This document shows, one piece after another, positions 1-12,652 of a DNA stretch of 64,000 bases (the first letter of the stretch is position 1; every line of letters begins with the position of its first letter). A model generated the notes under the pieces. It was given only the letters and a program-made list of their open reading frames with translations, had not been told where the DNA came from and searched no databases. Source of the stretch: Hypanus sabinus (Eukaryota); contig NC_082722.1 of NCBI RefSeq assembly GCF_030144855.1, positions 19,282,001 to 19,346,000 on the forward strand. Direction: 5' to 3'. A program made the translations under genes and the position numbers.

Positions 1-81
1 GTGCCAGAGTGCTTCAAATTTATAATCGCCAAACTCAGAAAAAGTATTATTTTTATTATTATTTCGAGTTGGTAAATTCAA

Positions 82-874
82 TAGACAATAGACAATAGGT
101 ACAGAAGTAGACCATTCGGCCCCTCGAGTCTGCACCGCCATTCTGTGATCATGGCTGATCATACACTATCAATACCCAGTCCCTGCCTTGTCCCCATATC
201 CCTTGATTTCCCTATCCATCAGATATCCATCTAGCTTCTTCTTGAAAGCATACAGAGAATTGGCCTCCACCGTCTTCCGAGGCAGTGCATTCCACACCTC
301 CACAACTCTCTGGGAGAAGAAGTTCTTCCTCAACTCTGTTTTAAATAACTGACCTCTTATTCTCAATCCATGCCCTCTGGTACTGGACTTTCCCAACATC
401 TGGAACATATTTCCTGCCTCAATCCTATCAAATCATTTAATTATCTTAAACGTTTCAATCAGATCCCCTCTCAATCTCCTCAATTCCAGTGTGTACAAGC
501 CCAATCTCTCCAATCTTTCTGCGTAAGACAGCCCTGCCATCCCAGGAATCAACCTAGTGAATCTACGCTGCACTTCCTCAATTGCCAGAATGTCCTTCCT
601 TAAACCTGGAGACCAAAACTGTACACAATATTCCAAGTGTGGTCTCACCAGGGCCCTGTACAAATGCAAAAGGACATCCTTGCTCTTGTACTCAATTCCC
701 CTTGTAATAAATGCCAACATTCCATTTGCCCTTTTCACTGCCTGTTGCACTTGCTCATTCACCTTCATTGACTGATGAACTAGGACACCTAGGTCTCTTT
801 GCATTTCTCCCTTACCTAACTCTACACCGTTCAGACAATACTCAGCCCTCTTGTTCCTGCTTCCAAAGCTAGCT
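82..874 (-). mobile_element. 5'-truncated CR1 LINE with TTCAA target-site duplication
   Basis: RT C-terminal motifs RPHLEYCVQFWSP and LRGDLIE, a (CAATAGA)n tail, and TTCAA at 77-81 and 875-879. Absent from the paralogous site at ~10436. Confidence 0.93.
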
Positions 875-1090
875 TTCAAGCAAGCTAATTTCTGAACTGT
901 TACCAAAATTCCAACTGGTGTTTAGAATTGTGGCTTTCTGGAGATTTCTATAAATACTGCTGTGTAGACCTGATTGTTTAATGCTTTTACGTTATGATTT
1001 TTGGATGATATCAGTAGTAGATATCACTATTTGGACAAGGTATACCCTTTTCATGTTCCACGGTCTTTCAATTTTCTCTTTTAATTTCAG

Positions 1091-1145
1091 GTGATTTGCA
1101 CACATCGATTTCTTATATTGTGTGTCTTTGGACTGGCTATATCTA
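1091..1145 (+). CDS. Paralogous signal-peptide exon VICTHRFLILCVFGLAIS (its first exon would precede the window)
   Basis: tttcag| ... |gtaagt, 55 nt, phase 0-1. Confidence 0.5.
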
Positions 1146-2404
1146 GTAAGTAGATCTTTTTGCTTGTTTATCCTGCAATATTTATATGCGAAATTTTATT
1201 ATAAATTGTCCCATCTGTAATAATGGATTAATTGTATTATAGCTTTGTCAGACTCTGACTCTCAAACTGAACAAGACACGCGCTTATCTCAAGGAATGGT
1301 TCGACTACTGAGTTTGAAATTTTAAGCAAGATTTTGGTAAAGAATGCTTGCCACTTAATTGTGCCTGTCTGAGTAATCGGATTGACTTCAAATGTGGCAA
1401 TGTCCTTTAATGAGTTAGATAGTTTCTGGCTTCCCTTGGCCTTTCTGCATGCATCATCTTACAATTTCCAGTGGTTTTTATTCCGTATTTTTGATCAATT
1501 TTTGAGTGTACCACCAGGTCCTGTATAAATAAACCAATAAGAATAGGATGTCTTCTGATCCTGACTGCAAAAATTCCAAGGTGATCAATGACACCAATTT
1601 CAATTTAATGAGTTTAAATGAAATATCAAACGGAAGAAATAACATTAATGCACATTTATTTCCACGAACTCTGTTTATTAAGGTAAAAGGATGATGTCAG
1701 CATTTGTGCTAACAAAAATTGTGTAGACTAACGGAGAATCATCAATACAATAAAAGAACTCAAACACAGTGCGAACAAATAAATTTGCGACCAGGTAATA
1801 CATAACGAGATTTTAAAGGATGTAATCAAGCATTAGATGAAAAATTACAAACGGGGCGTTTCAAGAAGATGTGGTGAGGCAAATGTAGCTATAGAAAAGC
1901 ATCTCAATTATGGTGTACTGTATTTAGCTGAAACATGCTGTGCAGTAAAGAGTTGAACATGAAAACAGGAAATACATAGGAAAAACAAACTGAAAAAGAA
2001 TGAATGGACACCTTGTACTGGATACAGCTACACGGATTAGAGTAGTTGAACTTTTAAGGTATTTTGCTGGATTGTGATTGATTTTCGTGCCTGTTATTAA
2101 TCCCCCTTGATTGGATGCTTGTTCAAAATAGGCTGATCTCAGAATCGTAACGTTTTCTGATTTGTCATGGTCTATAATAGGGCATTACCTCCTAGTAATA
2201 CAATATCACCCCATATGCAGTCCTCTTTGTCTGAATATAGGAATAGTTCTAGGCAGAGTAAAAACATTTTCATAACGTGCTGTAGATTTACATCTTAATA
2301 TCTTAAGTACTTTGGAGGTAACATTTTATTAATTTTCCTCAAGTGACTGCAGATTCACCCGATCCAATGATTTTTGGGAAGATAGTCCACTCACCTGTGA
2401 ATCA

Positions 2405-2630
2405 AAGTTCAAAGTTTAAAAAGAAATATTATCAAAGTACACTTATGACACTCTTTCCAACGTGGGATTCATTGCCTGGCGGGCAAACTCAATAAATCCA
2501 TAGAGAATAAAATTAACATGATCAATGAAAGACTGCAGCAAAGTGGACGTACAACCAAAGTGCAACAGACAACAAACTGAGTAAATACAAAAAGAAAGAA
2601 ATAATAAATAAATAAATAAATAAATATTGA
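2405..2630 (-). mobile_element. Probable LINE 3' end fragment with (AAAT)n tract (duplicate at ~43675-43890)
   Basis: Starts with aaagttcaaagt repeats resembling a LINE 3' tail. The family assignment is uncertain. Confidence 0.4.
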
Positions 2631-2879
2631 GAACATCAGAGTGTAACGAGGGAGCAGTTGACACCCTTATTGGACACGAGGGAAGTTTGAAGGTGAAAAG
2701 TACTATACGTCGTGCATCTAATGTATTTGGAGGAAGTCGCTGCCTACTAGAGTTGTCTCTCAGACTTTGCCGCCATCTTATTCACAATGAACTGGGCCAC
2801 TTGACAGTGTGTATTGAATTCCTCTCCATAGAGCCTGATTCCAGTAATAGAGCGATTATCTTGTTCATCAAGGACTAAT

Positions 2880-3400
2880 ACACCTGATAACCTGAAGCCT
2901 TGTCCAATAAGGATCAGATAGTATCCACAGTTGCTAAAATGTTATGCGATGAATATATTATTCATTATGATCACGGCAGTGATCAGGGAAGGGATTTTGG
3001 GAGCCGGGTCGTATACGATTTACTCTGTATGCTTGGAGTTCAGAGGTCAAAGGGTACTCCATGTCACTCTCAAGGTGATCCTCAGCATAAAAGATTCAAC
3101 AGGACATTGCTAAACTTGCGTGGGAACCTTGATGACAACAGAAAGGGAAAATATTGGACATCAACATATTGGACATCTGGTTCATTGCTGCAGCTGCACA
3201 CAGAATGAAATCACTGCGTACTGGCCATACAAGTTGATATTCTGGCACGAAGCGAGGTCACCTGTAGACGGTTGGTTTGGAACCGTCAGAGGGGGCTTCC
3301 CGCACAAAATGTATCTCAAGTATGTGTCTGACGTGAGGAAAGAAAAGTAAAAAAGCCTATGCGCTAGTAGCAGTTTCTGATACTGATCAAAAGCAGGGAA
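2880..3400 (+). mobile_element. Degenerate Gypsy-type integrase (rve) fragment
   Basis: HGSDQGRDF...KGTPCHSQGDPQHKRFNRTLL resembles the rve core SDQGxxF...TTPYHPQxxxxxERFNRTL. Confidence 0.88.
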
Positions 3401-4171
3401 AGTAGAAGAGATATGGTCAAAGGATCTTTTCCTCGGTTGACGCCTGGAGAATGAGTTCTAATAATAAATTTGGGACTACAAGGGAAGCCTATGTTTACCA
3501 ACTGCTGAGTTTCTATGTCGTATGTACTGGAGAGCCAGATGTCAAATTTGCAAGGTTGTGAATTGTCATGTCAGTAATCTCTGTTAGAAAAATCTTTTAC
3601 TTCAAGGGCAGGAAGAACATGTTAGCCCAGAGTCTGACATGGAGCCTACGCTTCGTAGAAATCTCGCCGCAGCAGGAGAACAGAAAGACAACAAACTGAC
3701 AGTAGTGTGATTACAGTCGAAATTCATTAGAATGTTGTGATACTAATAATGGATTGATAACTTCTTAAGGTTTATAACGTCATGAGGACATGACTATTTT
3801 TGGTCGCAGAGAATGTAATGCCCTGGTTAAGAACATGTTCTATCGTATTCCTACTGCTATGCTGTTCGGTGTCTTAATTTTCAGCACATCTTCTGCAAGA
3901 CGCAGTGCGCTCCAGTAGTTAAGCGTTTTAGACCAGTATTTTGGTTTCTACTCAGATAAGGAGCCGTTTGCACATCTTAGGAACCTTGAGTCAGCCCACC
4001 GGGTTCGTCTTAGTAACATTCTGTCCAGTGGGATGCCATAAAACATTGGAGAGAGCAGGATTGGATCAGATATCCCTGAGGCACAATGGGTTGATTTTCG
4101 GTCTCGTTTGCAGGTGTTGGAAGAGGAAGGAGGTGTAGAGACGAGGACAACCGAAGACGTCAATTCATATT

Positions 4172-4571
4172 CTATACCTTCACAATAGGGTCCGGGTCAA
4201 TTTTGACCCGGCCCAAGAATGCCCTCATAGGAAGTGTGTGTATCAAATTTTGAAGAAAAGATATTTACAGAATGTATAAATTGCCTATCTGACATTAATA
4301 AATGGGTGATTAATCCTTAATTTATATTTCGCAGATCTAAAATCCATTTCAATAGATACGAGTCAAATTTGACCCGGAACACCCTCAATGTACAAAAATT
4401 TACAGCACGTACAAAAGTATGAAATTTTTACTTATTTTAATTTTTTCGCATATTGGATCAATTTAGAAAAAAGCCACCAAATTTCGGCTAAAAATGGAAT
4501 TTTGGGTGTTTTCTCTGCTGTCAAATGTCAAAACGGGTCAAATTTGTCCCGAACAGCATGTAACGGTTCAA
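4172..4571. mobile_element. Non-autonomous DNA transposon (piggyBac-like MITE); duplicate at 45439-45838
   Basis: Imperfect terminal inverted repeats and three copies of the palindrome GGGTCAAATTTGACCC (4192-4211, 4360-4376, 4534-4551). Confidence 0.6.
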
Positions 4572-5310
4572 GTTGAAATATCTGTCAATATACTAACAAT
4601 ATAATTTTAAGCCCATGTGAGGTCTGTTATTTCCTGGTAAACGATAACTGTGCATGAGGCAGTAATGATACAACATTTGCCACATTTTTCGCCTCCTGAG
4701 TGGAACAATCCAACTTTCCATTTTAGTTGCACCGACTCTAGACGTGTTTTGATTATTGAATGTGGCCTTCTCACCGTTACCCATGCAAAACTGGGTCGTT
4801 AGCCAGGTTCAGTTAACAAACCTAGCATCAGTGAGAGTGTAACACCAGAAATAACATTTCACAAAATTCCGCAATCGGGCATTAGTCAAATTGTAAAGAT
4901 AGGAAAACGTTTTGCTTCCAGGAACAAAGGAACCAAGCAACGCAATACCCAAGAGCAATTTTTACTTCCGAAAAAAAATTGCTGAATTTTCCCTTGACGG
5001 CAATACACTCCACAGTCTGCGACACTAACATTCAGGAGGGTAAATGTGCCCTTGCTACTCGTTACACTGAATTACTATTTTCTGCTGACTGATTCTAAAA
5101 CTGTCCCCCTCCAAATGAAACTTCAGCAATATTATGTACAATTGGAACTCTGCAGAATATGGATTCAGTGTTACCGATTAAGAAGTTTAAAATCGGAAGG
5201 ATAGTTAAACTTCGGCGGAAGTTGCTTTTACGGTTGACAAATCATAAATGAGAATGATGAAAGCAGTTGAATACAACCTGCAGGCTAAGTTGAAATTGCA
5301 GAGGCCCGAG

Positions 5311-6750
5311 CAGATATACTTAAATTGTCCGTATCTACGGGTGAGGTGCCGGAGGATTGGAGGATAGCTTATGTTGTTCTGCTGTTTAAAAAAAATCTCT
5401 AAACTTAGTCCGGATAATTATATGCTGATACGTTTGACGTCGGTAGTAGGGAAATTATTAGAAGGATTACTAAGAAATAGGATCTTCAAGTATTTAGAAA
5501 GACAGGGATCTATTCGGGAGTGTCAGCACGGCTTTGTGCTTAGTTTAACAAATCTTTTAGGGTTTTTCGAGGAGGTTACAAGGAAAGTGGATGAAGGGAA
5601 GGCTGTGGATGTTGTCTACATGGACTTCAGTAAGGCCTTTGACAAAGTCCCTCATGGGAGATTACTTAGGAAGAGTCAGTCGTTAGGTGTACATTCTGAG
5701 GTAGTAAATTGGATTAGACATTGTTTCAATGGAAGAAGCCAGAGAGTAGTAGTGGAGGATTGTTTCTCTGAGTGCAGGCCTCTGACTAGTGGTGTGCCAC
5801 AGGGATCAGTGTTGGGTCCATTGTTATTTGACATCTATGTCAATGATCTGGTTGATAATGTGTTAATTGAATGAGCAAGTTTGCTGATGATACAAAGATT
5901 GGAGGTGTAGTAGACAGTGAGGAAGGTTCTCAAAACTTGCAGAGAGATTTGCACCAGCTGGAAAAACGGGCTGAAAAATGGCAGATGGAGTTTAACACAG
6001 ACAAGTGTGAGGTACTACACTTTGGAAGAAAAATACAAGGTAGAACATACAAGGTAAATGGTAGGGCGCTGAGGAGTGCAGTAGAATAGGGGCATCTGGG
6101 AATACAGATGAAAATGTCCCTAAATATGGCGTCATAGGTAGATAGGATAGTAAAGATGCTTTTGGTACATAGGCCTTTCTAAATCAAACTATTGAGTATA
6201 AGAGTTGGAAAGTTATAGTGCGGTTGTAAAAGGCATTGATGAGGCAGATTTTGGAGTATTATGTGCAGTTTTAGTCTCCAAATTACAGGAAGGATATTAA
6301 TGAGTTTGAAAGAGTGCAGAGAAGGTTTACAAGGATGTTGCCGGGACCTGAGAAACTGAGTTACAGAGAAAGGTTGAATACCTAAGGACTTTATTCACTG
6401 GAACGTGAAGCATGAGGGCAGATATGATAGAGGTATATAAAATTATGATGGGTATTGATGAGTGAATGCCAGCAGGACTTTTCCACTGATGTTATGGGTG
6501 AAAAAAAAAATCCCGAGGACATGGGTTAAGGGTGAAGGCGGTAAAGTTTAAAGGGAACATTGTGGGGTGTAGTGCTTCGGCACACTTTTATCATTTAAGA
6601 AAAACCTGGAGAGGTACCTGGATGAGAGTTGCATGGAGCGATATGGTCCAGGTGCAGGTCAGTGGGACTAGGCGGAAAAATGGTTCGGCACAGCCAAGAA
6701 AGGCAAAAAGACCTGTTTCTGTGCTGCAATTAATAATGGTTCTATGTTTC
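5311..6750 (+). mobile_element. CR1 LINE RT fragment, frameshifted
   Basis: Motifs VDVVYMDFSKAFDKVPH, SGVPQGSVLGPLLF and KFADDTKIG. Confidence 0.95.
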
Positions 6751-6899
6751 TAAGTGGGAAGAAGAATGAAGAAATGACAATATGAGAATTGGATATGTGC
6801 TACGTCCTAAGTTGCACAGTGCAAGCAATGTATAATATTATAGCATCGGGTTAGCTCGAAAAACATGGCATAATAATTATGTGTATATGGTCAAAATAT

Positions 6900-9800
6900 T
6901 CTCTATTAGAGAACTAGAGATCATTTTTCTTCAGCAGTGATCAGAAAACTAATTAGTTACCGCTTTTGATATTTGCTAAAAGACGAAGAATTTGGAACGT
7001 TAGCTCTATGGAAATGGTCAGAATTTGACGGAAGATAGAAAATAAGTAACCACCCTCGTGAGTTTATGTAATGAAAAAGCGATTGTTTCTATTTGTGAAG
7101 CAAAGTATTTTGATTAATAAACCCTGCTTTAAATGCTTGCATGCAGATCGATATGACAATAAAATATGACGAATTTGCTGACCTTTGAAAATCTGTTAAA
7201 AATCTACAGTTGTGAAATAATAAGCATAACATTTGAAGATGTTGTGGAAGATAATTTGACAGCTACAACTAATGGGCGTTGGCTGAACACAAAACATTAA
7301 GTAAATGGCAGGACAGTACTTTCTAAAAAGGATCAATTTGGCAATAAAATGGAGACAAGAGACTTCGGACGCTGGAACATGGAGCAACACAATATGCGCT
7401 GGCGCAACTCAGCGCGCCAGGCAGCATCATGGGAGGGAAATAGACAGTCGACGGTTGGGGCCGAAGCTCCGCGTCTGCACTTCATTTCTCGCCAGGAAAT
7501 TAGATAGTAGGGAAAATCGAAATTAAACATTCTAATCTTCATCCCTGGTCTTGTCCTGTCCGTTTTTCTAACTGTTGGAAGTTTGAAATAATTTGTACAA
7601 AATTCATTTTTTATTATTTAAAAAAATTATATTTGCATACTTGCAGCTTTATAAAGGAATTAAATACTTTATGAAGAAATGTTTTGTCAACCCGTTAAGA
7701 TTAGTAATTTCCTCTCAAGTTAGTTCTACGTTTTTTATGTGAGAGTCAATTATACACCCCACCGCCCCAGATACCATCTATAATGGTGAACCCTTATAAT
7801 GTACATGGCCTCATTATATAGCAAATTCCAAATATTCTATGATCTCGAATACGGAGAATTGCTACAGATAATATAGTTGTAATATCTTGTTAAGGTTACT
7901 GATGAGTTCTGCTGGGATAGGACTCACCAAATAATCAACACAAGTTGAAAAACACAGCAGAAAAGTAAATGTAGAAGGTTTCGGAAATAACTGATTAGTT
8001 TGGCCCCTTCGGTGAAGAGAAACGTCTGCTGGTAAGCTTTCACCATGCAATCAACCCGGGAAAAATCTTCATCGGCCATTTTCTACAGTTGCATCTTGAG
8101 TTCACGTGGACTCTAAATTTGCAAAATCTAAGGCATTTGCGTCCTTCCACATTCAACTCAAGCACACCAGATATTACAGCTCATTTACTACCTTGTTTCT
8201 GTCTACTTGTTATTCATACATATAATGAAACTTCGTGGTCCTAAAGCAAAATCCAAATGGTCGACAATTAGCCAATATTACCAGATGAAAACTTTTTTTT
8301 CTCTGAATCTCATCTCTGGAATACTCACGTTCGAACCAGTTCAACATTAAACTCAAAAAATTATCTTCAATTCTCATTTTGTTAATCGACTCTGCTGTGG
8401 AACATTTCTGATACGTTTTGACAATGCGATATTAAATAAATGCATCATGATAAAATGTCAGTGTCCACAATTTCAATATAGTTTTTTTTTAATCAAGTTT
8501 GCGAAAATTTCTTCCCTATTAGATAACTTTTATCCATGCTCCAGATCTCTGCACTTGTCAGTAGTCATTTGACAACACGGTACAACACACTTATTTCGCC
8601 ATTCAGTATTCTGAGAACATAAACGGAAAGGGAATACTATGCATGCATAAAAAATTCTTGTCTAACATTTTTTTTTATGATTTGTGCTTACATTCAAACA
8701 AAGCAATTTGTCCTTCTCAGTATCTTATCATATCCTTAGGTGATATCAGCTAAATTCCGAGAATCAATATTTCTCCTGGCATTGACTTTGTCTATTCGAG
8801 TTCTGAAGAACGGACTCGGTTTGAAATGTCGGCTGTTTATTTATTTCATAGATGCTGCCTGAAGTGCTGAGTTCCTTCAGCATTTGGAGTACTGTATAGC
8901 TCTGGACCTTCGGCATCAGCAGAATGTTTTGTGTTTATAAATTTTATCCTACTTTTGATGTTATTAGAAAATATTGGAAAATTTTAAACAGGTATTTAAC
9001 TGATATAAAATAGTTGATATACTTTTGTTGTTTTTGAATGACATATCGTGAGTAAAGAAACACATACTTTCAGAAATAGCGTTACAAGTAATTTACTTAA
9101 ATTAACTTTCTTACTTTTCAATTAAGCGTTAAACGCGATAACGTGGGTATCTGCAACTTACCCGCCTGAGGTGGTGAAGCTTCTCAGCACACGGAGTTTC
9201 CATGATGTCAGCAGCTATCTGTGAGCGCAGTCACTTTGCTGGGTGTGCTCTCGTTTAGTAAAAACATCTGTACCGGGTGCATCTTGTCTTTGCAATGTTA
9301 GAATGGATCACTTTTGAGGATCAGAAATTGCGTTTCACGTGCAAAATAGGTGCCTCTTTCGACAAATAATTTACATTTCCATCAAGTCAGAACAAAGGAA
9401 AACACAAGTACACATAAACGCAATATTGCACAATAGGTTCTATGCATGTGGCATGAACGTTTATTTTGATATATTTTTTAAAATCGGTACCATATCTTGA
9501 TTGAGCCCAGCAAAAAAGTATTTCAAACACGTTCTGATTCTGAGCACTTCAGATAATATGACGAAACACATGTTAAATGTTAACAATGTTAAACACACAG
9601 AAAATTTAGGTTACCGAAAGGAGTACAAAAGAGAACAAAAACACTAAATTCCAGAGTTAAAGTTCGGCATTGTTCGCCGTGGAAAAGAGGCGATCATTGG
9701 GAGTTGAAGAATGGAGTATACCGCAAATTATCCGAGGTATACGTTCAGCTGTGGGCCTGAAAAAAAGGAGATAAAATCTGGAGGAAGAAAAGCACAGAGA

Positions 9801-11085
9801 GGTTTGAAAGGATCGATGGCAATTATAAAATCCATGTTTTCTTTCACTAAATGGCAGAGTGGTTCGGTGAGTGCGTGGTTTTCAGATAAACGGGTCGCAT
9901 AAACAAATCATAAGTAGTCACTCAGAATTCTTGAAATTAATCTTCAATATTGACACGCATATATAGTCCCCCAGGAATGTCCTCTCGGCCAGGGGTGCGC
10001 GAATAAGCACAAAGGCAGACATTTCCTCTGTATCTACTCGGACTTCAATAATCTGTTCGAAACTGTTCAATCTGATTGCCTTCCCAGCACAATAGCCAGG
10101 AATGTCGACCAATTATCGCACATTTTCAGTTACAGTATCCAGAAAATTTCTGTATTATAAAGACATTTTCCTTGCTCGGAAACAGCAGGTCCCAAAATCT
10201 AGATTTCTGTAACAATACCAACACTATACGAAGGCAGACATTGCTGAATATACGCTTAAAACTCCTCTTGCATTAACTTACTTTCCCCCAAAACTGTGTT
10301 GTGTGGTACGTGACATGTCCTCGTGTTCTATCGTCCAGGGCTCAGGATCTACCTTTATTCTGGTGCCCCAGTGCTTCAAATTTATAATGGACAAACTCAG
10401 GAAAAGTATTATTTTTTTATTATTTCGAGTTGGTAAAGTCAAGCAAGCTAATTTCTGAACTGTTACCAAAACTCAAACTGGTGTTTAGAATTGTGGCTTT
10501 CTGGAGATTTCTATAAATACTGCTTTGTAGACCTGATTGTTTATTGCTTTTACCTTATGATTTTGGTATGATATCAGTTGTAGATATCACTATTTGGACA
10601 AGGTATACCCTGTTCATGTTCCACAGTCTTTCAATTTTCTCTTTTAATTTCAGGTGATTTTTACTCATCGATTTCTTATATTGTGTGTCTTTGGACTGGC
10701 TATGTCAAGTAAGTAGGTTCTTTTTGCTTGTTTATCCTATAATATTTATATGCGAAATGTTATTATAAATTGTCCCATCTCTAATAATTGATTAACTGTA
10801 TTATAGCTTTGTGAGACTCTGACTCTCAAACTGAACCAGACACACGTTTATCGCAAGGAAAGTTTCCACTACTGAGTTTGAAATATTAAGCAAGATTTTG
10901 GTAAAGAATGCTTGCCACCTAATTGTGCCTGTCTGAGTAATCGGATTGACTTCAACTGTGGCAATGTGCTGTAATGAGTTAGGTAGTTTCTGGCTTCCCT
11001 TGGCCTTTCTGCCTGCATCATCTGACAATTTTCAGTGGTTTCTATTCTGTATTTTTGATAATTTTTTGAGTGAACCACCTGGTCC
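6900..11085. repeat. Older paralogous block P (homologous to P' at ~38720-42790)
   Basis: Colinear, roughly 85-90% identical by eye. P has two extra segments (~7430-7870 and ~8340-8825). Confidence 0.9.
9834..10708 (+). CDS. Two-exon putative signal peptide of a second, plus-strand gene: MFSFTKWQSGS | VIFTHRFLILCVFGLAMS
   Basis: Exon 9834-9866 (TCG|gtgagt, phase 0) and exon 10654-10708 (ttttaatttcag| ... |gtaagt, phase 0-1). No downstream Ig exon was found. Confidence 0.55.
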
Positions 11086-11095
11086 AGCATGCCAC

Positions 11096-11873
11096 TGTTA
11101 TGGTTCAATGCGGAGCACGCAATCTGTGTCTTGGTCCGGTCCGCTGACTCTGGGCTCCGGGTCTCATAGCCATCCCTCCTTTCACCCTGAGGCCAAAATG
11201 GGATCGTCCTGGCTTAAGGAGGCGCACCCGATGCCTATCAGCTGGCAGGTGTATATAAGGGGCTCTGGCAGTGAGTCCAGTTGCGGTTCGTTCTGTTTGT
11301 CTTGTACGCGCTGGTCCCGCTGTTCCGTCTGGTTCGCCTCGTTCGTGCTGTCCCGTTGTTGCGCTGTTCGCCTGTCTCTCCCGTTTAGACCTGGTTGCCC
11401 TGTTTGCGCTGGTCGCCCGATTTATCCAGTTCCGACCTGTTCGTCATGTTTGCCCAACTTGCGCTGTTCTCCCGGTTTCGTGCTGTTGGACCTGATCGCC
11501 CCGGCTTGGAGTACCCACCGTTAATCATCTAGTTCTGTGAGTCAATCTCAGAGTATGTCAGGACCGAGCTCCCTTCCTATCCATTGCCTCCGTCGGGTAA
11601 ACCCGGCCGGACTGCCGTTGCCCGGCGGGGAAATCTGCCATTTCCTAACCCTCGCTTCCGACGGGTTGTGCCCCGCAACCTGCCCAGGTGCCACGCGATC
11701 TGCCCAGGTGCCACGCGATCTGCCCAGCCCCTTGTGTTCCTGCCTGGGAGGCCGGGCGCTGCCCAGGAGTTATGCGACCTGCCCAGGGGGCAATCCTCCC
11801 AGAATTCCTTGTCCCACAGACCCATCCTCTAGCCTAGTCAAGATCCGGCCTTGCCAGGAACTCCGGGATCACA
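11096..11873 (+). mobile_element. GC-rich solo-LTR-like element
   Basis: TGT...ACA termini, TATATAA at 11252, and a 20-bp tandem repeat at 11681-11727. No clear TSD. Confidence 0.5.
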
Positions 11874-11911
11874 ATCCCTCACGCGCTCGACGGTCTCCCC
11901 ATCTTAAAACG

Positions 11912-12652
11912 TAGAACATAGAAAAGTATAGCACATGACAGGCCCTTCGGCCCACAATGCTGAGCCGACCCTCAAACCCTGCCTCCCATATAACCCCCCA
12001 ACTTAAATTCCTCCATATTCCTTTCTAGTAATCTCTTAAACTTCACTAGTGTATCTGCCTCCACCACTGACACAGGCAGTGCATTCCACACAGCAACCAC
12101 TCCCTGAGTGCAAAACCTTCCTCTAGTATAGCCCTCGAAATTCCCTCCCATTACCTTAAAGCCATGTCCTCTTGTACTGAGCAAGAGGCGCTGGCTATCC
12201 GCTCTGTCTATACCTCTTATTATCGTGTACACCTCTATCCTCTCATCCTCCTTCTCTCCAAAGTGTAAAGCCCCATCTCCCTTAATCTCTGATCATAATC
12301 CATACTCTCTAAACCAGGCAGCATCCTGGTAAATCTTCTCTGTACCCTTTCCCATGTTTCCAGATCCTTCCTATAATGAGGCGACCAGAACTGGACACAG
12401 AACACCAAGTGTGGCGTAACTAGAGTTTTATAGAGCAGCGTCATTACATCGCGTCTCTTAAGCTGTATCCCTTGACTTATGAAAGATAACGCCTCATAAG
12501 CTTTCTTAACTACCCTATCTACCTGTGAGGCAAATTTCAGGGATCTGTGGACATGTACCCCCAGATCACTCTGCTCCTCCACACTACCAATTATCCCGCC
12601 ATTTACTTTGTAGTGTGCCTTGGAGTTTGTCCTTCCAAAGTGTATCACATCA
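11912..12652 (-). mobile_element. CR1 LINE 3' fragment (duplicate at ~53178-53918)
   Basis: Motifs PHLVFCVQFWSP and ERVQRRFTRMLPG, with a tagaacatagaa tail. Confidence 0.92.

Noticed and set aside
433-906. MVTVQKLACL... ORFs (433-906, 10278-10469 and duplicates) as a gene family
   Set aside because: They are chimeric: an intronic TTG start runs into CR1 or flanking DNA.
1765-1800. CACAGTG heptamers (1765, 6814 and duplicates) as V(D)J recombination signals
   Set aside because: There is no ACAAAAACC-like nonamer at 12 or 23 nt spacing, and they are not adjacent to any V or J segment.
2385-2400. Adjacent acceptor/donor CACAG|GTGAGT as a recursive splice site
   Set aside because: It abuts a repeat end, no host transcript is known, and chance is likely.
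10946-11914. Overlapping 74-192 aa Cys/Pro/Arg-rich ORFs
   Set aside because: They are a by-product of the GC-rich LTR-like sequence, have no domain motifs, and are disrupted differently in the second copy.
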